From assembly GCA_032718475.1 (NCBI GenBank), contig JAUCBJ010007585.1:1-64000 (forward strand): a stretch of DNA of 64,000 nt, read 5' to 3'. Position numbers and translations under genes: made by a program. Shown here piece by piece: positions 52,438-64,000 of the stretch (positions are counted from its first letter, which is position 1; the number at the start of each line of letters is the position of its first letter). Below the pieces are notes generated by a model. That model saw only the letters and a list, made by a program, of their open reading frames with translations, was not told where the DNA came from and ran no database searches. Source of the DNA: Nemertoderma westbladi (Eukaryota; Animalia; Xenacoelomorpha).

Positions 52438-53430
52438 TAGTCGAGTCAATCTAACAAAAAACCCATAAGTATTTCGCAATCAATCCGAACCACATATTTT
52501 GGATTCTATATTACCTTATTAATGACCAAAAAAAAGTCTACAAAATTTTATTTTGCGGATCATATGTTTATTCATAGAAATTCTACGTAAATTTGCATAA
52601 CACAAGCCAAACAAAAGGAACAGTAGGGAAAAGTAAGTAGCAAATTAGTGATGTTCCAGAATAATTTAATTAATTTCACAATAAGCTGTGATTCAATGGG
52701 AAATTAGTAATATTTACACTGGCGTGTTACACATTAATTGTATATCTCGGAAACTAGAAGTCGCATCAAATTTTTAAATATATCAAAAACTTCACGATAT
52801 ATTGAGCTAACTGTTGTAAAAAAATTATACAATTCCACTGCAAGGAAATTTCATAATTTCCATTAATGTTAGTGAAGATTTTTCACATACTTAAATTATG
52901 ATTGCTCTATTGATTTTAGGTGTAATTTATTTATTTGTTTTAGTATGAAAACAACAATAGTCTATCATATTACAAATAAATTTTTTGGGGATAAGGGTTT
53001 TTGAGGTCGATAAATCCGATGAGCGAGGTTACGTCCACCCGTTTAGTAGAGAAGTTGTGTAAATAAGCTCTCTGTATTGTACCAGCAAAATTGGTATTAA
53101 AAATGGTTAAATTATTACACAAATTTCCGTTGCTCTGGAAACTAAATTGGTAACTATATAGAAGTGCATACTTCTGTCAATCGATAGTCATTAGAGTAAA
53201 GTTGGTCTGTACCAAATTTTGAGAAAATCCCACCAATAGACCCCTTGTTGGTATGTAAAATCCATGTTGCTAAGGAAAGAAACAGGAAATTGAAGGAGAT
53301 CCGCATATATATTTTTATAGACTTTTTTGGGGGTATTAACAAGGCAATGTAGAATAAAAAAAAAATGGTTTGGATGAATTGCGAATTTGTTATGGGTTGA
53401 CCCCCTTTTTCGGCTAGATTGACTCGCCTA
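52438..53430. mobile_element. Non-autonomous TIR element with TAG...CTA ends and a 3-bp TSD
   Basis: TAGTCGAGTCAATCTA / TAGATTGACTCGCCTA termini; TSD CTG. The empty site GTAACTGGTG is visible in the paralogous block at 49831-49840. Confidence 0.85.
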
Positions 53431-55178
53431 CTGGTGTAATATCGCTGAAGACACTTTTTTCAAACACTTGTAGCTAAAGAATAAAAGCAAAAATAATAAT
53501 TCTGGCTCACCCAGGAAGGAGGAGGGAGGTGAAACTCTCTATGTTTCAAATTTCATGCAATCTCATAAATATTTGTACTGAATAACGACACTATATTCCA
53601 GGACATGGAGTAGTTTTTGTGACTTACAATTATATGAGAAAGTAAACCCATTCTCTTCACATAGGCATATAGGAGGGAGGCCCCATGTATATAACATACA
53701 TGGATACATACATACATTCATTTTCTGATGACACCCCCCCCCCCCCCCCAGATTTTTCTAGAAATCTTCATCATATTGCAAGAAATTTGAAACACAACTA
53801 TTTCCACTCACCGTCGATGACCCCATGAAGCCGGAATTTTCAATTTTGCCTTGAAAGTTTTTTATAAGCGTTTTATAAAAGTGTCTTTTGCGAAATCGCA
53901 CACTCCCTATCTCCACATTTGTCGTAATTTTTTCATATCATTAAAAAGGGAACAGTTCCGCGCGTTCCAACAATTTCGTTGTTTTTTTTCAACAAATTTT
54001 CGAAGCATTCTGTCAGTTTTTTTATAAATGTTCTAGAAAGTACATTCAGTGTTCTAGAACTTTGAATAAAAGTTCTAGAACATTTTAATTATTAATTTTC
54101 GAGAATATTATTTTCTTTAAAAAAGAAAATTATTTAAAAAATTGTTAAATTTTATTATTTTTTATGCTATGTTGCCTGTTTTTTTTTCTATTGATAAGAG
54201 TTCTAGAACATTATTAAATGTTCTAGACCATGTACCAAATTAAAAAATAAATAATATAAATATACGATGAACGTTCCAGTTGCGACAAATGTAACGAATA
54301 CGCCGACAAATTCGCGTCAAAGGTGATCGGATATCTCTGGCGACGCCAGATTCGTAATTAATGAAAGAATGCCTTCATGGAATTTATACACTCAATTAAA
54401 GTACAATACAAATTTGAAAAATAACAATAAGTTGTTTTTAAAAATAAATAAAATTACGTATATAACTCAGAAACCAAATAAAAAATAATAGCTATAGATA
54501 TAAATTCCTAGCTATAATTATAAATTATTACTTTGAGTACATAAAATTACTAGATATATATGTTAATTATACAAAAAAGTGTTAAAAAAACAAAAAATAT
54601 AATTTTTTAATAATGTTCTAGAACAAAAAATAATATGTTCTAGAACATTATTTAACAAAAAATAATTCGAAATATCCTACAATAATTCACACTAACATTA
54701 CAAAGTAGTAGCAGTAAATTATACACATTTTAGTGCAAAATGAAAATGTTGGCACGGGCGGAACTATAGCCATTAAAAAGTCATATTCAATATATCGATT
54801 ACGTAGCTATTCATACATAAACAAAATGTTCCAGAACATTGTGTATTTATTAAATATAATAAATGGCCTTCAACGAACAATACTTCTTGCAATCTTTGAA
54901 CGCCTATCTCAGCTGTTTCTCAACGAAATTCAAATATTGTTACATATTTGGACTCCTTGCAACGCAACCTTTTTAATGATATGAAAAAATTACGACTAAT
55001 ATGAAGAATGTCCACGATATGGAGGGTGCAATAAAGCGATAAGAGAATAGCTTATCGCTTACCTCTGATCGCTTGTCGCTTATCTCTTATGTCTCAATTG
55101 TGAACCTAACCAATAACCAACCAACTAACCAATACTGTACTTACCATGTACCTGTAATCTGATGCCTCTTATCATAAA

Positions 55179-58106
55179 TTGGCTGCGAGGCAAAATGAGG
55201 TATCAAATGATGGTGTAGGATTGAATGATCAGTTTTTAAGAATGAAAATGATGTATTGGGGCTTCGATATGAATAATTGTATATCTAAATTACAAGAGAT
55301 CGAATATAAATTAACACTGTTCAACAAAAATTATACAACCTTGCTAACGTGTATTGTAGAACAAATCAATTCACTGTGGATCGCCGACATGACTAGGGAG
55401 GCAAAACTGAATAAATTACATAAAACAATGGAGATGATGTTAAAAAATCAAATTGATACATTACAGGAACATATTAATTGTTACCTTTTTTACACTTTTC
55501 TACCCAGTGAGCAGATAAACCGCTTACAAAGTTTATATGACCTAGGCAGTAAACTCGACAAATACATCGAAATATGGATAAGTGAAATTTTAGAGGAAGG
55601 GGCTGGTCTATACAGTTTTGATGGAAAATCTTTTATTTTACCTGTAAACAGTCAATCATCCGTCGTCCAACATGAGCTAGACACGAGCATTATGCAAGTA
55701 GAAGGACCAGCAGGCAGACCCCCCTATACCATTACACCAGCCACAAACATTCCATATATGTTCCAGGAAGAACATCAAACCCCCCAGTGCCACTCCATTC
55801 CATATGATATGATCCTTATGCAAACACCAGAAATGCACCAAACTCATTATATGCAACCGGGATCGCTTCAAACTCAACATGTGCAACCGGGACTGGAACA
55901 AAGTCAACCATTCCACCAGCCACCATTATTTCAAGGCACTAAACAACCAGGACCATCTCAAAGGGACTATATGCAACTGGAATTTCTTCAAACTCAACAT
56001 ATGCAAGCGGTAGTGGAACAAAGTCCAACATTCAAACAGCTACCATTAATCCCTGGCACTAAACAACCTAGACCATCTCAAAGGGACCATATGCATCTGG
56101 AATTTCTTCAAACTCAACATATGCAAAAGGGAGTGGAACTAAGACCAACATTCCACCAGCTACCATTAATCCCTGGCACTAAACAACCTGGACCATCTCA
56201 AAGGGACCATATGCAACTGGAATTTCTTCAAACTCAACATATGCAAGCGGTAGTGGAACAAAGTCCAACATTCAAACAGCTACCATTAATCCCTGGCACT
56301 AAACAACCTAGACCATCTCAAAGGGACCATATGCATCTGGAATTTCTTCAAACTCAACATATGCAACAGGGAGTGGAACAAAGTCCAACATTCCACCAGC
56401 CACCATTATTTCAAGGTACTAAACAACCTGGACCATCTCAAAGGGACCATATGCAACTGGAATTTCTTCAAACTCAACATATGCAACCGGGGGCAGTACA
56501 AAGTCAAACATTCCACCAGCCACCATTATTTCAAGGTACTAAACAACCTGGACCATCTCAAAGGGACCATATGCAACTGGAATTTCTTCAAACTCAACAT
56601 ATGCAACCGGGGGCGGTACAAAGTCAAACATTCCACCAGCCACCATTATTTCAAGGTACTAAACAACCTGGACCATCTCAAAGGGACCATATGCCACTGG
56701 AATTTCTTCAAACTCAACATAAGCAACCGGTAGTGGAACAAAGTCCAACATTCCACCAACTACCTTTAATCCACAGTACTATGCAACCTGGACATGATAT
56801 TCATAAATTGTCTGAAAAGTTTTCCAACAGTTTGTTATTAACTCCTCGGGAAGATCTTGGAAATGCAAGACTAAAGCATACACAGGTTGACCGTAACGTA
56901 CAGCAATTAGCAACTACATTGGAAGAGGGGTGCATTTTGAAAGAGGACGAAACATACTCTGGTCGGTGTGTAGATGTTAGACAAAATTTGGGGTTTATAG
57001 AAACTACAAATCTGAGTAAAACAATTGTACGTTGTCATACATCAAATCTCCATAGCAATGGATACCGGCTGATTTTGAAGTTGGGGGATGATGTTATTTT
57101 TCAGTGCAAACCTAAATTGGATAGAAATATACCGTATATAGCTGCTACATGGGTTAGTGTTCAAGGAAAGGATGCATGTTGCTCAGGACGAATCTATGAT
57201 AAACCTTTCCTAGAGGAGGACACAACTTATGAAGGTTTTTGTATATTCTATTCTGAAATAAATAGATATGGGTATATAACTCCAATAGATGAAAACAAAA
57301 AAGAACTTTGTGACTGCCACACTATATACTTTATACAAAGTAAAATCCACATTAATAAGTATCGTTGGATGAGGAATATAGAAGGCACCCATTTTCTATT
57401 CCAGTTTAAATATAATACAAATGGAAAAAGATGTGCCACCTGTGTTACATTAGCTACTGATACCTCATGTGAGGTAGCTCGAAATATTAACATGTATCAA
57501 AATAATGCTGCAGAAAATCATGTCCAAGGGACTGTGAATGATGACATCCTAAAGGAAGGTAAAACATACACCGGGCGAGTGCAATTAGTAGGTAGTGATA
57601 CTTACTGGTTTACTATACCGGAAATAAATGGGGTGGAACTTTGTGAATGTTTTTCTATGTTTACTGGACGTGGAAACATACATATTAATGGGCATCGAAT
57701 GACACTGGAGAACAATAAACCTGTTAAATTTTTGTTCAACACTAAATATCGAAACAAAGCCTCAATAGTTACAGTGTCAGGGGACTTTAATTGTAGGGCT
57801 GCGCAGTTTGTCAATAAAGGCAGTGGTGAGGTTGCTAATACCTCATTGGATGTTACAAAAACATATAATGGTCTATTTTATCATCATTATAATGAATACT
57901 ATCCAGAATATTATGGAATTATAATACCGATAATTGTTGAGGATGAATTATTGTGTTCTTGTTACAACATATATGTTCATTGCAAAAATACCAAACTTTA
58001 TAATGAGCTAGTAGAGGTGGACAATGAAAAGCATCCCGTTAACTTTCAGTTTCAATATGAAGAAGCGGGAAATGAAGGGGTTGCAACATGGATGAAATTT
58101 ATTTGA
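55179..58106 (+). CDS. Uncharacterised protein: helical N-domain, ~8 x 40-aa Gln-rich repeats, four tandem cold-shock/OB-like domains
   Basis: Uninterrupted 975-codon ORF. Domains begin ILKEDETYSG, FLEEDTTYEG, ILKEGKTYTG and LDVTKTYNG, with RNP1-like GFIE/YGYITP and RNP2-like IYVH. First codon is TTG (ATG in the paralog); first ATG at 55242. Confidence 0.8.
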   Translation: MAARQNEVSNDGVGLNDQFLRMKMMYWGFDMNNCISKLQEIEYKLTLFNKNYTTLLTCIVEQINSLWIADMTREAKLNKLHKTMEMMLKNQIDTLQEHINCYLFYTFLPSEQINRLQSLYDLGSKLDKYIEIWISEILEEGAGLYSFDGKSFILPVNSQSSVVQHELDTSIMQVEGPAGRPPYTITPATNIPYMFQEEHQTPQCHSIPYDMILMQTPEMHQTHYMQPGSLQTQHVQPGLEQSQPFHQPPLFQGTKQPGPSQRDYMQLEFLQTQHMQAVVEQSPTFKQLPLIPGTKQPRPSQRDHMHLEFLQTQHMQKGVELRPTFHQLPLIPGTKQPGPSQRDHMQLEFLQTQHMQAVVEQSPTFKQLPLIPGTKQPRPSQRDHMHLEFLQTQHMQQGVEQSPTFHQPPLFQGTKQPGPSQRDHMQLEFLQTQHMQPGAVQSQTFHQPPLFQGTKQPGPSQRDHMQLEFLQTQHMQPGAVQSQTFHQPPLFQGTKQPGPSQRDHMPLEFLQTQHKQPVVEQSPTFHQLPLIHSTMQPGHDIHKLSEKFSNSLLLTPREDLGNARLKHTQVDRNVQQLATTLEEGCILKEDETYSGRCVDVRQNLGFIETTNLSKTIVRCHTSNLHSNGYRLILKLGDDVIFQCKPKLDRNIPYIAATWVSVQGKDACCSGRIYDKPFLEEDTTYEGFCIFYSEINRYGYITPIDENKKELCDCHTIYFIQSKIHINKYRWMRNIEGTHFLFQFKYNTNGKRCATCVTLATDTSCEVARNINMYQNNAAENHVQGTVNDDILKEGKTYTGRVQLVGSDTYWFTIPEINGVELCECFSMFTGRGNIHINGHRMTLENNKPVKFLFNTKYRNKASIVTVSGDFNCRAAQFVNKGSGEVANTSLDVTKTYNGLFYHHYNEYYPEYYGIIIPIIVEDELLCSCYNIYVHCKNTKLYNELVEVDNEKHPVNFQFQYEEAGNEGVATWMKFI
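55851..56791 (+). repeat. 120-bp coding tandem repeat, ~8 copies
   Basis: Unit encodes MQLEFLQTQHMQxxVEQSxTFHQxPLxxGTKQPGPSQRDH. Confidence 0.97.
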
Positions 58107-58246
58107 TTAGATAATGATGTAACATTATGTAATAATAAATTCGGTAGTTTTTTACATCATCAACATTTTCATTACAATTATTTAATTATTAAGTATTAAG
58201 TAATAATTATTAAGTAATTTAATAATATTTAATTTTTTGGGATATT

Positions 58247-60131
58247 TTATTCCTTGCTCCTTTCCTGGTGAGTAAGCCTCCCGCAGTAATCGCAGCCGAG
58301 TACCAACGTGTCCCGCCCCAAGTCGTCCTTCGCCCCAAGCGATCTCCTCGGTCTATAGAGTCGCTGGTAAGCAAACTTCTGGATGTTAACGTCCCTGTCC
58401 ATGTCTATCTCCTCGTCTCGCCCGGGCATTGTCTCCCTGAATACTACCCGTGGTGCCATTCCCGGTTGCTCGCCCAACCTGATGGTGCTCCCCGCGAAAT
58501 CCATCGCTGGCTCCTCATGCACCCAGGCCCGCTTGCCGGGTCTATCCCAGAAGGCCCTCGCCCCGCTGGCCATCACCACTCTCCCGCCAACCCAGTCCGT
58601 GTCTGAGTGGCCGATTCTCCGGATGGGCGGCATCTCTCCGAACTCATCGTCATCCTCGTCCTCCTCTGGGAGTGGCTCCAAACCAGGTATCCCGGTGGAT
58701 CCACTGTGTCCCTTCCCACCTTGGCCCTCGCCCGTGACCCTCCATCCTACCAGTTCCCCTGGCCTTCTCTTCGCGAAATCGCCCTCTGCGCCCGCTGGTA
58801 TGGGCATCTCCTGCAATCCCGATGTTGACTGTTTCGGTGATCCTTCCGTCCACCCCAATTCTCGCCCTAGAGACTCGCCCGAGCTCCCTGATGTCCAGTG
58901 TAAATCGTCCAAGGCCGCCTGGGCCTCAAACCCATAGCCCTCTCCTCTAGCCTCCGCCTCTCTTTCGTCTGCCTCCCTCCTTTCTCGTCTAGCTATTTCT
59001 TCCAATCGCTTCGCCTCTTGTCTATCCGCCTCTAGCTGCTCCCACCTATGATATGGTGTATCCACCTCCCTGTCTACTAGATATCGGCAGTTGTAGTATA
59101 CCGACTCGCCCTTCAGCCCCGGGTGGTCGACCAGACCCTCGAAAGCCACTTTGAAGGCTCTTCTGTAGTTCAGGGGTGATCCCGATAGCAGAAATGCCGT
59201 TGGCTCTCTTTCGATAACCACGGCCATGAATAGGTTTAATAAACCTATCATTATCCAGTCCTCCTGCAGGATATATCGCTTCTGATATATCTTTATTGCT
59301 CCTCTCCAGAATTGATACACCTCTTGTTTCCCCGGCCTCGCTCCCCACTTCAGCGAGTTCGCCAACTCCGCTCCGTACTCCTCCCTGAATTTACCCCAGT
59401 CCATTGGCTTGTGGCATACGAGCCCCATTAGCTGACCCATCGCCACCGCTCCACAATGGCCCGTGTTCTCTACTAGTCCCAACCTGGCTGGCCCCATCAT
59501 AGCCATATAGACCGTTTGCATGTCCAGGAGGTTGGGGGTCTCCGGACCGATGATCCTCTCCGCATCGTTGCGGATCGCCAATCCCACCTTTATCGTCGAC
59601 TTCTCTCTTACTACGTTCTGCACTGCCCTTGGCAACTGGTTTAACTTCGGCCCATTCTTCTTCCCATACATTCCCAGATCGAACAGGAAGATGTCACCAT
59701 TTGGCGCGGCCAAATGCAGAAGTATGGTTCTGGCCGACCCTCTTCTCGAACCCTCCTCATCTTCCACGGTCCCCTCGTCGTCCAGGACCATGTATCCTCC
59801 CCTGCTGATGGACTCTACGAACCTCTTCCAGTCCTTTTTCGGTGGTTCCCTCGGATACTTCGGTATCCCGAACTTCGCCTCGTCTCCCTTTACCACATAG
59901 TGGAAATGCTCGAAGATCACGTTGTTTAGCGATGGCGTCCCGTAGGTCCCGACCAGCCGCCTCTCGTGCACCTCCCTGAAATGGTCCTGTAGTGCTCACT
60001 CTTTGTGACCCTTCTCCAACCGCTCGTAGTATCCCCTCGTCTTCTCCTCCGGATGCCTCTCGGTGAAGTCTACTAGTATTTATTTTCCTCCCATCTCCGC
60101 CTTTCTCTTTCTAACAAGTTTCTCCGCCATT
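58247..60131 (-). CDS. Accessory ORF3 of a BEL/Pao element: DEDDy 3'-5' exonuclease domain, low-complexity tail and partial Cys/His knuckle
   Basis: YMVLDDEG (Exo I), TILLHLAAPNGDIFLFDL, LPRAV...IKVGLAIRNDAE (Exo II), NLLDMQ, W...YQKRYILQED (Exo III). The 574-aa open part is 58247-59971. A likely original ATG at 60131 is separated from it by a frameshift and a TGA. The 3' end looks truncated (CDYCGRLTH..). Confidence 0.8.
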
Positions 60132-60539
60132 TCGAACGCTCCCGATCGCTCACCTATAAGGTGGTACCTTACCAAGGCTCAATATAAGTGAGTGATGTAG
60201 TTAGGATGGTCTGTTTGGTCCGATAATGGCCTATCTCTCTCTGAACGCTAGGTTATTGCCGAATTTTCTTATTTTACTCCCTAAAAGTACCAAATTTCCT
60301 AAATTCCCTAATTTTGTCAGTTACTTTTATTATATTCTAGAATATTTTATCTACTGTTACTATAATTTGTTGAATTTTGATTTTTTATATTCTGCAACTG
60401 TGCTATTAATATTTATAACGGATTATTTATTTTGATAATCCCTATTCTGACCTATTCTACGGGCTGTGCAGTACAGTAGTATGTCCCGTGCGGCCTACAC
60501 GATCTGTCCTGGTGTACCCACGTGCCCCCCTCTAGCTCC

Positions 60540-61065
60540 TCACTACTAACTCTACTAATTCTCTTACTCTACTAACTCTTACTAACATTCTAACTAACTT
60601 CTACTAACTCTTAATAACACACTAACTAACTCCTACTAACGGTACTATGTACCCTCCTACTACTAACCAACTCCACTAGCGGTACTGCACGTACCCTCTT
60701 ACTACTAACTAACCCCCCTAATGGTACTATGTACCCTCTTACTACTAACTAACTCCACTAACGGTACTGCACGTACCCTCTTACTACTAACTAACTCCCA
60801 TAATGGTACTATGTACCCTCTTACTAATAACTAACTCCTCTAACGGTACTACACGTACCCTCTTACTACTAACTAACACCTCTACTAACGGTACTACACG
60901 TACCCTCTTACCAACTCTTCTACTAACAGTACTAAGTATCCTCTTACTACTAACTCTCTAACTAATGGTACTACATACCCTCTTACTACTCTTACTAACT
61001 CTCTAACTAACGGTACTACGTACCCTCTTACTACTCTTACTAACTCTCTAACTAACTTCTATCTG
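60540..61065. repeat. Degenerate ~40-42-bp tandem repeat in the IN-ORF3 spacer
   Basis: CTAACGGTACT(A/GC)..GTACCCTCTTACTACTAACTAAC repeated ~10 times. Confidence 0.9.
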
Positions 61066-61238
61066 CCTACTTACTTACTACGTACTTACTATATACTATT
61101 ACTTTCCTTTCTCTTACTCTCTTTCTATTATTTTATTATTTTACTATTTTTTATATTTTTATATTTTGTGTGGGAAGGGCGTCTCGCCCTCAATCCCACC
61201 CCCCCCCCCCCCCAGTCCTACACTTGGACGACTAAACT

Positions 61239-64000
61239 CTATGGTGTCCCTTTTAGCAGGCAACATTTACCTACAGCCCTCCTGTAGGTCTTCCTGTCTT
61301 TCGCTCCTATCTTACCCCCTATTCGCACTTCCACCGATCGGACTCTTCCGTCCTCGTCGGAGTAAGTATCCACTACCCTTGCTAGCCTCCATTGATTGTT
61401 GATGATGGTGTCATCCGCGACGATCACCAAATCACCCTTCTTTAACTCTCTAGTGGTATTTCTCCACTTGCTCCTCCTATGTAGTGTAGGTAGGTATTCC
61501 TCGACCCACCTCCTCCAGTACTCTGCGCTTATCGCCTGAGCGACTTTCCAACTCTGTCGGGAGTGTATGTCATCTGGGTCTACACCCCGCATGTCAATGG
61601 TCGCCGGCCTCTCCATTAGAAAGTGACTGGGTGTCAGCACATCTAGTGATTCTGGGTCGTCATTTTCTGGGTATAGCGGTCTGCTATTAATGATACTCTC
61701 GCACTTAGCTAGCATCGTCCTTAGTACATCTTCTGTCACCATGTGGGTGTTCATCAACTTCGTTATCAGACGCTTGGAACTACCCACGAGTCTCTCGACG
61801 CATCCTAAAGTATGCAGAGCATACGGCGTCCTCCTCTCCCACTTCACCTGTTGAGGATGTCCAAGGCCTCCGCCAGCGCGTTCTCCGCGCCCACAAAGTT
61901 GGTTCCATTATCGGAGTAGATCACTGCAATCGTCCCACCTTTTCGGTCTCTGAATCTCTCTAGGGCATTGATAAATGCCGATGCGCTATTCCTACCGCCC
62001 GCGTGTTGTTACATACGAAGATGATGCTGTAGTGCTTCTCCGTGTGCCGCATCACCCTGATCGTTATCGGCCCGAACATATCTACACCGCAGTGTGTGAA
62101 TGGCGGGTCATGCTGTCTCACCCTACTGGCCGGTAATGGCGCCATCTCCTGTACGGCCCGCTCCTTCCTCGTCCGTCGGCAGGTCTGGCACTGCCCCACT
62201 ACCGCCTTCACCTTCTTTCTTAGCTGCGTGATCCAGAAGGTCCTCCGTATCTCCGTGAGGGTCTGGTTGGTGCCCCCGTGCAATATCAACTTGTGGGAGT
62301 CCCAAATGATCTGGTGGACTATCGGCGACCTATTTGGGATGATAATGGGTTTTGGTGGGATGATGGGGCTGTTGTTATTTAGCACTGTGGAGTTCATTAC
62401 TAGGATCCCATCGTCATTTAGTTGTGGCGACAGCGTGATGAGCTCGCAGTCCCGACGAAGATGTTGTTGTTTACTGACGTGCCCCACTTCGTCGCCGTAG
62501 TACCTTTTCTGTTTGTACCGAATCACGGCCTTGGCTGCTCCCTCCAGATCGATGTTGGGTTTCCTCTTGGCGTCCTTGCCAATTCCCTTGAGGAAATCCC
62601 CGAAGGCTCTCCAGTACGCTACCAACTTCTTGGTCTTGTACCAACTTGAGCTGTAGCTGAGGAGTTTATCCGTTGGGATATCGCATGGTTCTTCTGATTT
62701 TGGTTGCACCTCCCTGATCTCCCTCGCCATCTGACTATTTATCTCTTCACCTTCTGAGTCTTCTCCCTCTTCCTCTGGTGGTACTTCCTCCGAGCCCGGG
62801 TCCACCTTCTTCATTGGTGGCCAGGCCATCCTATCGTTCAGGAACTGTGGCCCGTGATGCCACAATACTTCATTCTTTAAGAAAGTATGGCGTGCCACGC
62901 CCCTCGATAACAAGTCCGCTGGGTTCTCGTCTGTTGGGCAGTAGTGCCACCTTTCCAACTCAGTCGTTGCCCTTATTTTGTCCACCCTATTTGCGACGAA
63001 TATAGGGTATCTTGTCTTCTCATTATGTAGCCAACCAAGCACTACCATGGAGTCCGTCCAGTAGTGTGTTTCCACTATGTTGGGAATAGTGTCCATCAAG
63101 TAGGCTGTGGCCCTTACTCCTAATCTTGCAGCTGTCAACTCAAGTTTCGGGACCGATGCTGAATCTGGCGGCGTCGACTTTGCTTTGCTGAATGCAAGTC
63201 TGGGCTTATGAGCCCCCTCTCGTTGTACTAGGTAGAGTGCCGCTCCGTATGCTTCCAATGACGCATCGGAGAACATGTGTAGATCCAGATCCGTCATGTC
63301 CCCATCCGGGAAATACACGCGTGGCATGCTGTACATCCCCATCTGTTCTAAACTCTCCATCCACTTACTCCACTACGTGCTGATTTCTTCCGGGACCTCT
63401 GTATCCCACTCGTCCTTTAGCTTATATACTTTCTTAAGTATCTGTTTCCCCGTAACTAATAGTGGGGATGCTAGGCCTAGGGGATCGTATATCCTTGCTA
63501 TGTACAATACATAGCCCCTCTTTGTGTGGATGTCCGCGCCCTCCTGGCTCAGCTGATACTTGAACTCGTCTGTCTCCCGGTTCCACACGATCCCCTGTGC
63601 CTTCTGCTGAGACTCTACTCTTTTGTTCGCCATGTCCTGTCCCTTGGTGTTGTGGGTTATCCATGGTCGACTCTGGCCTCCTCTCCTCTATGGCTTTCAT
63701 AAACTCCTCTGAGCTGGATTGGAACTTGGTCAGGTTAAACCCGGATCCCTTCAGGATGTCGCGAACCTCGCGCCCTGTATCCAGTAGTTCTTTAACCGTG
63801 TTTCCAGACTCCTTTCCGTCGTCTACATAGAAGCCGCGTCGAATCATATCGACGGCTTTGGCGCTATACTTCTCCTCTTTCCCCTCTACTGTATCCCTTA
63901 CAGCCACAGTCATCGTAAATGAGGACGACTTGGCCCCCATATTCTGCACCACCATCTTGTACATCGGTATTGTCGACGGTTCCTCGTCGCCGTTGTACCA
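61239..64000 (-). mobile_element. pol: BEL/Pao pol (RT, RNase H, integrase) with frameshifts; continues past the window end
   Basis: GFYVDD (RT); TKR..L..IARIYDPLG; LHMFSDASLEAYGA, SVPKLEL, YWTDSMVVLGW, WHYCPTDENPADLLSRG (RH); H...HGG..C..C, GVDMFGP, YSDNGTNFVGA, INSRPL, LTPSHFL, WRRWVEEYL (IN). Confidence 0.96.

Larger units (their letters stand above)
49750..54367 (+). repeat. Direct segmental duplication (~49750-50698 vs ~52372-52437 plus 53431-54367)
   Basis: Long near-identical blocks, e.g. CTGGCTCACCCAGGAAGGAGGAGGGAGGTGAAACTC and CGCGTCAAAGGTGATCGGATATCTCTGGCGACGCCAG, occur twice. Confidence 0.9.

Noticed and set aside
58247-59971. env gene in the ORF3 position
   Set aside because: No signal peptide, furin site or transmembrane anchor is evident; the motifs match a DEDDy exonuclease instead.
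58268-63830. Plus-strand ORFs overlapping the BEL/Pao pol and ORF3
   Set aside because: Antisense shadows of GC-rich coding sequence with no independent features.

Overview
AT-rich eukaryotic (metazoan, probably invertebrate) DNA dominated by nested transposable elements. It holds several BEL/Pao LTR retrotransposon segments, a recent 4.0-kb Ty3/Gypsy element inserted in a CR1-type LINE, further LINE fragments (CR1/L2, RTE, CRE-like), a hAT-type DNA transposon with an 8-bp TSD, piggyBac-like and other TIR MITEs, a tRNA-derived SINE, a PIF1-helicase remnant and several tandem repeats. Two probable host genes are visible: an intronless adhesion GPCR (15632-17902, minus) and an intronless protein with 40-aa Gln-rich repeats and four Cys-containing cold-shock-like domains (55179-58106, with a decayed paralog at 42606-44614). 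The strongest candidate for an undescribed system is a set of BEL/Pao elements carrying an extra ORF downstream of integrase. One encodes a recognisable DEDDy (WRN/EXD/MUT-7-like) 3'-5' exonuclease (58247-60131). Another appears to encode a divergent homolog with degenerate catalytic residues (6261-7780; C-terminal homolog at 51852-52320). All domain calls come from motif recognition by eye; no database searches were run.
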